Shown here one piece after another: positions 19,927 through 29,698 of a stretch of DNA of 55,732 nt (position 1 is its first letter; every line of letters begins with the position of its first letter). The notes beneath the pieces were generated by a model, which saw nothing but the letters and a program-made list of their open reading frames with translations, was not told where the DNA came from and made no database searches. The position numbers and the translations under genes are program-made. This stretch comes from an uncultured virus (IMG/VR IMGVR_UViG_3300028277_000001) (Duplodnaviria > Heunggongvirae > Uroviricota > Caudoviricetes), in the IMG/VR virus record IMGVR_UViG_3300028277_000001, positions 62,001 through 117,732 of that record; one strand, given 5' to 3'.

Positions 19927-20836
19927 TTCTTTTACATTTGATATTACAAATTTCCATTAATTTTAAATTTTTCCAAAGTTTTGAAAAAACTTCACTCTTA
20001 ATAATTTCATCAAAATCACTATATTTTAAATTATTTTCTAATAAATGATTAATCGTGTTTCCAAAAAAATTATAAAATTTTTGAATATAATAGGATGAAC
20101 CCATCCAACAACAAGGCCAAACTGTTCCATTTACATCAATAAAAAATGATTTTTCCAATTCTTCATTGAAGTAAGTTGCTTTACATTTTATAAAATCATG
20201 TGATATATTTTTTTTCTTTACTTCCACGACTTCATGATTCTCTCTTTCAGAATATTTTTCATTAAAAGCATAAAACTTTTCAATTTTTGATATTTTTTTT
20301 GCTTGAGATAATTGATGCTTATTATGTTCAAATATTATAAATTGCCAAATAGCTTTGCCCCCATGACGTATGAATGTTTTATAATTATCTTCTAATTTTG
20401 ACCAATTTACATTTTTTCTATAAATATGATTCGTATCTGATAACCCATCAATACCAAATACAACAACTGTATTATATTTCGCTAAGGTTTTCCAAAATTT
20501 TTTTGTTTTTGTACCACCATTTGTCGCAATCCAAATTTCTACATTTGGATATTTAAAATTAACATATTCACATATTAACAACAAATCAGGATTTAAAGTC
20601 GGTTCATCAATGTTTCCACAAAAATGTATTTTTTGTAAATTCTTAAAGTCATGGTTAATCCATTTTTTAAAATCGGTTAAACTTATAAATTTATCATTCA
20701 ATCGTCTAGAGTAGGGGTTTGTTAAGTCAACAGAATATTCATGTCTTTCACAAGAAGGGCATTTTGCATTGCAAAAAGAAGTAAGTTCTATTTGCAATCT
20801 AGTTATATCATTTAATGAAATTGGCCACTTAGACAT
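19892..20836 (-). CDS. Radical SAM protein with C-terminal twitch/SPASM (type A)
   Basis: CNAKCPSC; CGNIDEP; TNGG; GIDG; PCCW..CNIKC. Confidence 0.9.
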   Translation of the reverse strand: MSKWPISLNDITRLQIELTSFCNAKCPSCERHEYSVDLTNPYSRRLNDKFISLTDFKKWINHDFKNLQKIHFCGNIDEPTLNPDLLLICEYVNFKYPNVEIWIATNGGTKTKKFWKTLAKYNTVVVFGIDGLSDTNHIYRKNVNWSKLEDNYKTFIRHGGKAIWQFIIFEHNKHQLSQAKKISKIEKFYAFNEKYSERENHEVVEVKKKNISHDFIKCKATYFNEELEKSFFIDVNGTVWPCCWMGSSYYIQKFYNFFGNTINHLLENNLKYSDFDEIIKSEVFSKLWKNLKLMEICNIKCKRNEIDEDNWEFN

Positions 20837-21899
20837 ATTCTTTTAATTTTCTATAAACAAACAATGCTTCTTCAGGTGCTTTTTGAAATGTTTCAAGATA
20901 CTGTGTGTAAATTATAAACTGTCTGCAATAGTCAACATTATAATCACTAGTGTTTAATATATTTTGAATAAAGTCATCAGTTGGCAATTCTTTTTTAATT
21001 TCATCAGGTAAATATTCTGGACTTAAATACTTAGGAGAAAAACAATTTGTTTTCCTCATTTTAATATCCAATGATGTTAAATATTTTTCTGTATCATCAA
21101 CATTAAATATATTATAATTAGTCATAACAAAATTTGAACACACTCCACTTGTTAAATCCCCATAAGTATATTGTTTATGGTCTTTCAATAAATGCTTCCA
21201 CCTCAAAGCATTTTTTTCCCAAATATCCATTTTCAAACCCAATCTAACCCACTCGCCAACAGGACCAATTCCATCAATACTCACCATGATCATAACTCTT
21301 TTCAATTTCTTAATAAAATTCGACCATGAATTATGTACAAATTTTGTACAATTTGTATTCATCGAAAAAAACAATACATCATAATTTACATGTTGATCCA
21401 ACATTTTAAAAAATTCAGGCGAAAATTCTCTTTGAATTGTAGGTTCACCGCCTGTAAAAGACAAGTGTTTTAATTTACTAAAATCTACATTATCATAATT
21501 AGGTTTTATTTTATCGATCTTACCTTCACGATTTTCCCAAACAGTGCTTGATTCTGGTTTACATGTAACACAAGCAAAATTGCACTTATTACTAAAAGAA
21601 AGTTCCAAACCCTCAAGAAAAAAATCTTCACGATATGAATGTTCTTGATTGATAACTTGTCTTTGCGAAAGTTCTCCTACCGAATCATAATAATAGCAAG
21701 ATCCACATTCTTCAATATAATCTCTATTCAACATGCGTTCACGTAGAAGATTCATTTCTTCTCCCATAAAAGCATCTATGACATTTGTATATCGTTTTCT
21801 AATAGGGGAATGATAGCAACATGTCCGATAAGTTCCATCAGGACCACCGGTCATTCTGCTAAATGGCGCCATGCAAAATGTGGTCATAAGAATCGACAT
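20829..21899 (-). CDS. Radical SAM protein with N-terminal twitch/SPASM (type B)
   Basis: CMAPF..RTCC..CGSC; CNFACVTC; TGGEP; alternative start 21887. Confidence 0.9.
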   Translation of the reverse strand: MSILMTTFCMAPFSRMTGGPDGTYRTCCYHSPIRKRYTNVIDAFMGEEMNLLRERMLNRDYIEECGSCYYYDSVGELSQRQVINQEHSYREDFFLEGLELSFSNKCNFACVTCKPESSTVWENREGKIDKIKPNYDNVDFSKLKHLSFTGGEPTIQREFSPEFFKMLDQHVNYDVLFFSMNTNCTKFVHNSWSNFIKKLKRVMIMVSIDGIGPVGEWVRLGLKMDIWEKNALRWKHLLKDHKQYTYGDLTSGVCSNFVMTNYNIFNVDDTEKYLTSLDIKMRKTNCFSPKYLSPEYLPDEIKKELPTDDFIQNILNTSDYNVDYCRQFIIYTQYLETFQKAPEEALFVYRKLKEYV

Positions 21900-22608
21900 T
21901 AAGTGCTATGAAAAATTGATACACGTCATCTTTAAATGCGAAAGCATCGTGCCATTTCAAAGTGTTTATTAAATACAACCTACCAGGTTCAATATTTATC
22001 TCTGATCTGTATATCTCATGTTCTTGTTTAGTTTCATTCCACATACAAAAACCATCAGTTGTATCTTCTGTTTTAAATCGTAAATATACACCATCTGGAT
22101 TAGTTGTTCCCCATAACCTCAACCAGCGAACAGGGTGCCATGTGTCATAATGGGGTTTAAAATTCGCTCTCGTATCCCATTTTAAAATACAGCTTCTGAT
22201 CATATATTTTTTTATATCATTCAATGGATCAAGTGAAGGCATATTAAGTACAGGGGTAGGTTCTGTAAAATCAACCTCTAAGTCTAATTTATCAACATTA
22301 ACATTATTTTGTATGTCTTTATAGAAGTTAGTGAATTCTTCTGAGGTATCATTATATCCTAAATTTACAAAATTCCATCTATCGAGCGGCCAACACGCAG
22401 GTTCAGGAACATTATCTAATCTACCATTTTTATTAACTAACGGCAACCCAAATCTTGGCAAATCTGTAAATTTATCACCCCATTGTTTAAAAAACGAATC
22501 ATATTGATGTATGTCATTTAAAAAAGATTCAACATCTATGCGCATATTTAAGGGAACTAAATTTTGACTATGCAATTCATTATATTTTTTTTCAGAAATA
22601 AAGGTCAT
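21859..22608 (-). CDS. Hypothetical protein, cupin/Asp-Asn beta-hydroxylase-like oxygenase
   Basis: PHYD and distal WH (INTLKWHDAF) facial-triad pattern; start taken at MTFIS. Confidence 0.5.
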   Translation of the reverse strand: MTFISEKKYNELHSQNLVPLNMRIDVESFLNDIHQYDSFFKQWGDKFTDLPRFGLPLVNKNGRLDNVPEPACWPLDRWNFVNLGYNDTSEEFTNFYKDIQNNVNVDKLDLEVDFTEPTPVLNMPSLDPLNDIKKYMIRSCILKWDTRANFKPHYDTWHPVRWLRLWGTTNPDGVYLRFKTEDTTDGFCMWNETKQEHEIYRSEINIEPGRLYLINTLKWHDAFAFKDDVYQFFIALNVDSYDHILHGAI

Positions 22609-23074
22609 AATATGCCTTTTTAGCAGATGCACTAAATGGATCTAAACTCAAATTACATAAATGTTTAGATAATTCAAAACCCCTAAAAACACTTTCCCAA
22701 AAAGTATCATAAGGAAGCGGTGTATCGAAATTACTTATTTCCCAGCAAGATTTTTGAAATGAAATAGGAAAACAGGGCACTTCGTCAGAGTCTTCTTTCA
22801 ATTCCGAATTTTTAACCTTATAAAAATAATCAATCCGCTTGCTTAACCACTCTGAAAATAATTCATTTGTCGGTAGAGTGGCAGACAATAACATACCCCT
22901 TTTATCATTTAACAGTGTCAATTTTCTATATACACCATAATCAGAGGCTATCTGCAAAATAACTTTTTGATAATTGTGAGGTATAAACCCATCATGATCT
23001 ATACAAAAATCTATTGTATTGTTCCAAATTTTGTCAGGATATTTTTTACTTCGTATTTCAAATTGAAATTTCAT
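22592..23074 (-). CDS. Hypothetical protein (WxN paralog family)
   Basis: Coupled ORF; KIWNNTIDF motif shared with neighbours. Confidence 0.7.
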   Translation of the reverse strand: MKFQFEIRSKKYPDKIWNNTIDFCIDHDGFIPHNYQKVILQIASDYGVYRKLTLLNDKRGMLLSATLPTNELFSEWLSKRIDYFYKVKNSELKEDSDEVPCFPISFQKSCWEISNFDTPLPYDTFWESVFRGFELSKHLCNLSLDPFSASAKKAYYDLYF

Positions 23075-23699
23075 TGCTCATCACCAATTTAACTTTCCAA
23101 TCAACGGGAAATGGTTCGTTATAAAACTCAGTAACGAAATTATTGGCCCAACACGCTAAATCGGGACTCCAATGATCCATTACATCAACTGAGTTAGTTG
23201 CCCAAGTATTAAAGAAATCGTGTTTAATATAAGTTTCCATTGTACGGCCATTCCAAAAATTATCATTAGTTATTTGACCACCAGTCATTATGTCAACAAA
23301 CTCTCCAGTATCATATATCGGATGAAGAAAAGACGAAACATCCGTTCCAAAAACATTATGAACATGTATATGAGGAAAATTCCACTTACCACACATAAAT
23401 TTTTTATGTTCTTCTTGTATCCATTGCAATAACCATCTATAGGCTTCATCCTCCGTATTGAAACACAACACATGATTCACATAAATCCCATCTGACCATA
23501 TCAAAAATACAGGTAATGGCCAAATACCCTCGCCCTCTTTAAATTTATTTTGTGTATTTACAATTTCTCTACAGCAAGGATTTCTTGTACAGCCATCACG
23601 ATATTTGTCAATAACAATATGCCTCTCGGCAGAATATAATTCTTTTGAATTAGACCAAACACGTTTTTCAACATTTAATCTTAAATTATATGCATACAT
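23058..23699 (-). CDS. Hypothetical protein (WxN paralog family)
   Basis: Coupled ORF; RVWSNSKEL motif; Trp-rich. Confidence 0.7.
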   Translation of the reverse strand: MYAYNLRLNVEKRVWSNSKELYSAERHIVIDKYRDGCTRNPCCREIVNTQNKFKEGEGIWPLPVFLIWSDGIYVNHVLCFNTEDEAYRWLLQWIQEEHKKFMCGKWNFPHIHVHNVFGTDVSSFLHPIYDTGEFVDIMTGGQITNDNFWNGRTMETYIKHDFFNTWATNSVDVMDHWSPDLACWANNFVTEFYNEPFPVDWKVKLVMSNEISI

Positions 23700-24823
23700 T
23701 TATTATAAATGGTTAAAGATTCTTCAGGAATTTCATCTAAAATCATCAAATATTTCGTATATTCTATAAATTCCTTTATTCTGGTACTATTGTATATATT
23801 CGAATTAAATATTTTTTCTACAAATTCTCTATGAGTATCATTATAAAAAGGCATTTGCAATATATCATCTTTTACATTATCAGGTAAATACGCAACATTT
23901 AATTTTTCGGGAGAATAACAATTTCTTAAATCAAGAATAATATCATTTTCATCTGCCCATTTCATTGAATCATAAATGTTAAGAATATTGTAAGTTTGTA
24001 CAACAAACATTATTCTTAAGCCTGTAAGATGAGGAGGCCTTAACTTATAATCAGGGTTTCCATTTCTTTCAAATTTGCTCTGATCAAACCAGGTCTTCCA
24101 TTTTTTCAAATTAACACCAAACCTTTTCATAGTTAAACCTTTTCGGCAAAATTCTCCAACCTCGCCTATTCCATCTAAACTCAAATATATTAAAACATTA
24201 TCACATCTATCAATAAAATTAAAAAATTCTGATTTGGGAAATACAGAATTATTAGTAGCCATAGTGAAGAATTTTGTTTTCCTGTCTTTAAAAAAATCGC
24301 CGGAATACTCTTTCATAATCATCGGTTCACCCCCCGATATAGTAATAAGATCTAAATCATCAAGACCGTCAAGAAGATATATTTTTTGGGGTTTATCATC
24401 TATTATTTGTAAAGGCTCTTTTTCCCACATACTGCTGGCGCTTGAATTGCAAATAGTACATCTAAAATTGCATTTATTCGATGGATAAATTTCAATTTCT
24501 GTTAGTTTAGAAACAGGTGACGTATCATGACAAGAATTAATACTCTGGCGGAGACTCATTAAACCTAAAGACTCTAGATGATAACAATATCGACATCCAT
24601 CTAAAAATTTCCCGGTCAACATTTTTTGGCGAAGAGATTTCATTTCTTCGCCATCAAAGGCCGCTAATAAATTATCATATTTGTCTTTGGGAATAAAAAT
24701 TTGTTTTTCGGAACACGTTCCATCACCAGTTGTTTCATTATAATGAGTACATGTATTGAGATTACCATTCCACCATTGAGTCATTCTTACGAATGGACTC
24801 ATACAAAAAGTATTTGAATCCAT
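23681..24823 (-). CDS. Radical SAM protein with N-terminal twitch/SPASM (type B)
   Basis: FCMSPF..NTC..CRYC; CNFRCTIC; SGGEP; SLDG. Confidence 0.9.
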   Translation of the reverse strand: MDSNTFCMSPFVRMTQWWNGNLNTCTHYNETTGDGTCSEKQIFIPKDKYDNLLAAFDGEEMKSLRQKMLTGKFLDGCRYCYHLESLGLMSLRQSINSCHDTSPVSKLTEIEIYPSNKCNFRCTICNSSASSMWEKEPLQIIDDKPQKIYLLDGLDDLDLITISGGEPMIMKEYSGDFFKDRKTKFFTMATNNSVFPKSEFFNFIDRCDNVLIYLSLDGIGEVGEFCRKGLTMKRFGVNLKKWKTWFDQSKFERNGNPDYKLRPPHLTGLRIMFVVQTYNILNIYDSMKWADENDIILDLRNCYSPEKLNVAYLPDNVKDDILQMPFYNDTHREFVEKIFNSNIYNSTRIKEFIEYTKYLMILDEIPEESLTIYNKCMHII

Positions 24824-25566
24824 TATTCTAAGGACGTGTCATTTTCCATTATGAAAGTATTTTCGATTGCCCAATCAGAAACATTATTAACATCACTCAA
24901 ATAGTCATATACATAAGAACTTATCAAAGACCAATTCTTTTTATTATCAACATTAAAACAATGATGTATTTCACTCTCACCGAACGATTCTTTATCTTGA
25001 CAATTACAAACCATCTTTCTTGGATTAGAAATATTATCATAACTACTATCCAATTCAGCTAGATCGGCATATGTTATGTCATTTTTACTAGGAGCATCTT
25101 CCCCAAAAAGAGAAGTGTTATAGAAGTCATCTAATGGCGGGGAATAAAAATTAACTGGTCCATATTCTGCCCAAAACACTGAATATAGTCTTTTTAAAAG
25201 AATATCAGCATTAAAAACTTCCCTACTTCTCATTGAAACATCAGTAGACCAAGATAAATTATATTGATGAAACATTGTAAAATACAATTCTTTCGTTTGA
25301 TCATTCATATTTAACAAATCAAACGAAACGCCCTCATAAAACATTAAACAATTTATTTTAGTATTATCAGCAAAACAAAATAACCCAAGAGTCCCATTAA
25401 GATTAAATCCCTCTTCGTCAAGTTGCGTTGTTAAAAAGGGGGGGTATACATCATAATCAACTGACGGCTGATTATTAGATTCAAGCAACGTTAAATATTC
25501 ATCCGCATTATTCCATGTCCGAGAATCATCAGGTAAGTGAGTCAATTCAAATAAAATGCATTTCAT
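24823..25566 (-). CDS. Hypothetical acidic protein (WxN paralog family)
   Basis: Coupled ORF; RTWNNADEY motif. Confidence 0.7.
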   Translation of the reverse strand: MKCILFELTHLPDDSRTWNNADEYLTLLESNNQPSVDYDVYPPFLTTQLDEEGFNLNGTLGLFCFADNTKINCLMFYEGVSFDLLNMNDQTKELYFTMFHQYNLSWSTDVSMRSREVFNADILLKRLYSVFWAEYGPVNFYSPPLDDFYNTSLFGEDAPSKNDITYADLAELDSSYDNISNPRKMVCNCQDKESFGESEIHHCFNVDNKKNWSLISSYVYDYLSDVNNVSDWAIENTFIMENDTSLE

Positions 25567-25567
25567 A

Positions 25568-26668
25568 TTATCCTTTCTGTGTTAAAAAGCTTGAACATTC
25601 TTTTGGAACTTTTACAAATGTATTTAGGTATTTAGTATATTGTAAAAATTTCGCATGAATTAATTCAGATTCATCATTTTTTTCTAAAACATCCAAAACG
25701 AATTTTTTATGATTTTGATCATAAAATTCTGATTCGATTATTTCTTTCTTATATTTATTAGGCAAATATGCAGGACACAAATAGTCTGGTTCAAACGCAG
25801 TTGTTAACATCACACGATCTCTCATATTAAATGCATTTACATATCTAAGAGTATCGGTTAAATTAAAAACATTATAGTTGCTTAATACAAAATTTATCCA
25901 AGGACCATCATGTCTTGAAGTTTTATCATAAGTTCTGTTTGAAAAAAACTCTAACCATTTTAAAAAATTTTTACGCCATACTCTTTCTTTCCATCCCAAC
26001 CGACAAAATTCTCCAACCTCACCAACACCATCCAACGAAATACCTATGCAAACATGTTTTAATCCTGATAAAAATTCCATCCATCGTTCATTTGGATACG
26101 ATGAACAATTGGTAATCATTTGAAACCACGTATCATTATTGGTTTTACTCTCTATCAAATCCCAAAATTCATCTGTATAATACGGTTCTAAAGTTGGCTC
26201 GCCCCCCATTATCGTTAGTTGTATTAAATTATCAACACCATCCAACTCTATTGGTAATTTGTGTAAAATTTGACTATCAATAAATCTAAATTCTTTATTT
26301 CTAGACTCCCAACCCGAAGATGCAGATTCGTTACATGTTACGCATATAAAATTACATTTATTTGAAGCCGCAAAATCAAGCTCCCTCAACAAAGTAGATG
26401 GTGGGGGATCTGGATATCTTTCATTTATATCTTGTCGGCAAGAATATTGATTTGAATCATCATAAAAATAACACCATTCACACTCTGTTCTTCGTTTTCC
26501 TTCTAACATTTCTTGACGAATAACTTCCATTTCGTCACTTAAAAATGCATTTTGTATAGTTTTATAATTATTTTTTAATGGAGGATGATAAACACATGTT
26601 CTTAAATCACCATTTGGTGATCTTGTCATTCTTGTAAACGGTGATGCACAAAAATATTTGGTATTCAT
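25568..26668 (-). CDS. Radical SAM protein with N-terminal twitch/SPASM (type B)
   Basis: FCASPF..RTC..CEWC; CNFICVTC; GGEP; SLDG. Confidence 0.9.
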   Translation of the reverse strand: MNTKYFCASPFTRMTRSPNGDLRTCVYHPPLKNNYKTIQNAFLSDEMEVIRQEMLEGKRRTECEWCYFYDDSNQYSCRQDINERYPDPPPSTLLRELDFAASNKCNFICVTCNESASSGWESRNKEFRFIDSQILHKLPIELDGVDNLIQLTIMGGEPTLEPYYTDEFWDLIESKTNNDTWFQMITNCSSYPNERWMEFLSGLKHVCIGISLDGVGEVGEFCRLGWKERVWRKNFLKWLEFFSNRTYDKTSRHDGPWINFVLSNYNVFNLTDTLRYVNAFNMRDRVMLTTAFEPDYLCPAYLPNKYKKEIIESEFYDQNHKKFVLDVLEKNDESELIHAKFLQYTKYLNTFVKVPKECSSFLTQKG

Positions 26669-27192
26669 TCAAAAACCAAATCTAATTTTATTTTCCATTT
26701 TTCAGTCATTATTTTACAATTTACAATATCAATATCCCAAATTATTTGGTTTTCTCCATAAATCGATATAACCTCCCTATAGGTCATCCAACCTTTATTA
26801 CTTTTTTTCATAATATTAGATATTCTCGAATCAGCATTTGTAGTAATTACAATATTTTTAGTGTTATCAATTTCTTGACAATGATCAATAGATAAGCCAG
26901 CCATCACATTTGAAAAAAATCGTTCTTCAATCGTTGGACCCCAACATCTTGGGCTATATTTTGTTGTTATTGCTCTTGTTAAAATTCTATAAGTATTTGG
27001 TACAAATTCACTAATATCATCTATTCCCGATAACATGGCTAATTTATCATTTTTAAAAAATAAAAAACATTTAAGCATTTTTTCAATATTTAAATATTTA
27101 ATATCATAATTTAATTTTCGTTTTTTCCAATCTAATATAAATTTTTGCAATAATTTTAAATCTGTATATCTAAAATCTCTAACAATTATCAT
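26665..27192 (-). CDS. Hypothetical protein, possible GNAT-fold acyltransferase
   Basis: N-terminal IIVRDF..DL helix, FLFFKNDKLAMLSG beta hairpin and YRILTR resemble GNAT topology; weak. Confidence 0.4.
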   Translation of the reverse strand: MIIVRDFRYTDLKLLQKFILDWKKRKLNYDIKYLNIEKMLKCFLFFKNDKLAMLSGIDDISEFVPNTYRILTRAITTKYSPRCWGPTIEERFFSNVMAGLSIDHCQEIDNTKNIVITTNADSRISNIMKKSNKGWMTYREVISIYGENQIIWDIDIVNCKIMTEKWKIKLDLVFE

Positions 27193-28126
27193 AAGTTTCA
27201 GTTCTGACCAGCTTATTCATCTCATTCACTTTTATTTTTTCAACTCTTCTCACATTAACAGAAGAATCCTTATACCATTCTTGAACCTTTTCTTTAACTA
27301 TTAAAGCCTCTTCGTCTCCATCATAAAACATCCAAACTTTGTCATTTTTTATGGTTAACATACATCGATTAACAGAGGTATTGTCTAAAACATGTTTTTC
27401 AATTGTTTCGGGATGAATACGTGAACAGTTTAAAGCTAATATATTTTTCGTTCTACCAATAAATTTTAATTCATCATCAACGATATCACCCGATGCCCAA
27501 TAAGAATCTTGTATTTTCCATTTTATAAACAATTCATTATCATTCACATAATAGTCTATTAAAGATGAAAGATTTTGTCCTATTTGCTGTTCATCTTCTG
27601 AATCAGAAATAGCAGGCGGTACTTCTGTTGAACCATACAAATGATGAAATTTTTTAGCTCCCTTAGAAAGCACATCTTCTTTAAAACCAACAGGAACAAT
27701 ATCTGCACCGCATGAAACCGTCATATCTGTAAAATTAAAATTTTTCCATTTATCAGTTCTTTTCAATACTCTATAAACTGCGGGTAAAATAAAAGCATGG
27801 GTTGCATTTTGAATTTCGTCCAAATAATCATTTGGGCGAAATGCTATTACTTTCAAATTACAATTTGTCATCAAAGCAGGCAAAACTGAAAGAACTGGAT
27901 ACCCTATCGAGGTGGCAGGTAATGACATATTAACAATATAATCATTATTCGTATAATTATTATATCTACAATTTTCTTCAGCAACCATTTTCATAAGCTC
28001 ATAGGAATGAACTATTTTTTTAGGTTTTCCAGTAGACCCTGAAGTAAAATAAACAAAATCCTCTTTTCTTTGAAATCTTCTTATAATGTCTTCAGTTTCT
28101 TCTTTATAATTTACACAATCAATCAT
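27179..28126 (-). CDS. Compact adenylate-forming (AMP-binding, acyl-CoA ligase-like) enzyme
   Basis: YFTSGSTGKPK (A3), YGSTE (A5), SGD (A7), GR (A8), NEMNKL (A10). Confidence 0.85.
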   Translation of the reverse strand: MIDCVNYKEETEDIIRRFQRKEDFVYFTSGSTGKPKKIVHSYELMKMVAEENCRYNNYTNNDYIVNMSLPATSIGYPVLSVLPALMTNCNLKVIAFRPNDYLDEIQNATHAFILPAVYRVLKRTDKWKNFNFTDMTVSCGADIVPVGFKEDVLSKGAKKFHHLYGSTEVPPAISDSEDEQQIGQNLSSLIDYYVNDNELFIKWKIQDSYWASGDIVDDELKFIGRTKNILALNCSRIHPETIEKHVLDNTSVNRCMLTIKNDKVWMFYDGDEEALIVKEKVQEWYKDSSVNVRRVEKIKVNEMNKLVRTETYDNC

Positions 28127-28136
28127 AATAATCTAC

Positions 28137-29393
28137 TTAATGGTTTAATTGTTTTTTAGGTGCATAATTTTTCATTTGATTTAAATATATCCCCAATTGA
28201 CACCAAATACCATCTGGAAACACCCACTGATAAGAACCAGTATATTTTTGATAATTATCCCAAATGAAATTACTACCGGAAATACTATTTGCCCCTTTCT
28301 GAGAATCAAGCCAAAATCGAGTATCATTTCTACTGCTTAATACATAATGAGCTAACTGAAATCTAAGACCATCATTCCATATTCTTCTCATTATACGATT
28401 ATATGATTTCTTGCTATAACCCCTTTTTATCGTATTCACTAATTGTGTAATACCACTTTGAGTCATAAACAAAGCCGTCGCCTCAAGTGGATCAACAAAA
28501 CCAGAAGATGTTCCAATAGCAACCACATTATCAGACCAAGGATTCTGTAAAATCATCGGATCCCACTGAATAAACCGTTCTTCTTTTTGTGAAGACAGGG
28601 GAGTTCTATCGAGGGCCTCATAAATTTCTCGAAATTCTTTAAGTGCTTCTTCTTTATTCACATAACGAGATGCAAATATATAACCCATACCCACACGATT
28701 TTGTAAACTAACTTCAAATGTCCAACCATACTTCCTGGCAATTGATTTAGTCACATCTGAATCATTGGGCGAATTTTCCATAGGACACACCCATGCAGAA
28801 TCAACAAAATGAAAATCTGAAATATTCATTTTAGTAAAATCTCGTATAAATTTTCTACCAAAACCCGTTGCATCAATATAAAGATCAAACCCCTTAGGTA
28901 ACTCTGAAAGTTCTTCCTCGATTAAAACAGTTTTTTTGCAATGATTTTTTACTATATCAGCAGAAGCCTCCGCACAGACATGATAAGCATAATCAGATCT
29001 TGAATCTGGATTATCAAATTCTCTATAAAAATTTTCCTCAATTATTTTCCCAGCAACATCAAAGTTGGTAGGATCAGCCATCATTTGATCAAATTTATTA
29101 TTATCATTAAACCAAAATCTTGTGACAAATGGTTTATCAAATTCTGGCGCATTCCACCCCTCTTTATAATTTCCATATTTTAAAACGGCATCAGAATTTT
29201 TTACCCAATCCTTTTCTTCGATACCCAATTCCTCCCACCACCATTTAAGTTGAGGCAAGGTTGATTCCCCAACACCCATTGATGGAATATCAGGAGCATC
29301 ATAAATTGTAATTTCCCAATCTGGTAAATGTTTTTCAAAATAACCCGCGGCCCACCATCCTGCAGTACTGCCGCCTACTATGCAAAGTTTCAT
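28137..29393 (-). CDS. Flavin-dependent halogenase (tryptophan halogenase family)
   Basis: IVGGSTAGW, GVGEST, VLKYG..EGW (catalytic Lys position), IDATGF, GFVDPLEAT. Confidence 0.85.
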   Translation of the reverse strand: MKLCIVGGSTAGWWAAGYFEKHLPDWEITIYDAPDIPSMGVGESTLPQLKWWWEELGIEEKDWVKNSDAVLKYGNYKEGWNAPEFDKPFVTRFWFNDNNKFDQMMADPTNFDVAGKIIEENFYREFDNPDSRSDYAYHVCAEASADIVKNHCKKTVLIEEELSELPKGFDLYIDATGFGRKFIRDFTKMNISDFHFVDSAWVCPMENSPNDSDVTKSIARKYGWTFEVSLQNRVGMGYIFASRYVNKEEALKEFREIYEALDRTPLSSQKEERFIQWDPMILQNPWSDNVVAIGTSSGFVDPLEATALFMTQSGITQLVNTIKRGYSKKSYNRIMRRIWNDGLRFQLAHYVLSSRNDTRFWLDSQKGANSISGSNFIWDNYQKYTGSYQWVFPDGIWCQLGIYLNQMKNYAPKKQLNH

Positions 29394-29698
29394 GTTTCTA
29401 CCTCTATAGGATCGCTTACTTTATAATAATATACAATTTTAGTTAATTGGTGGATAACATCTTTTCGTAAAAGTTCAGAATCAAAATATAATTTTTTCGT
29501 AGGATATCGTTGTGTTAAAACAACCAAATTAGGCAGGATAAACGTCATAGAAAACAGATGTTCACCAAATTCATCTGCTATTTTTTGATTATATTTTCTA
29601 AACGGATGAAATTCTATAAAACTATACAAATAACGTTTAATTTCTTGCTTAGATTTGAAATCACATTTTGTTTTAATAACTGAATTTATCAATATCAT
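29390..29698 (-). CDS. Hypothetical protein (possible distant WxN-family member)
   Basis: Coupled ORF overlapping both neighbours. Confidence 0.6.
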   Translation of the reverse strand: MILINSVIKTKCDFKSKQEIKRYLYSFIEFHPFRKYNQKIADEFGEHLFSMTFILPNLVVLTQRYPTKKLYFDSELLRKDVIHQLTKIVYYYKVSDPIEVET

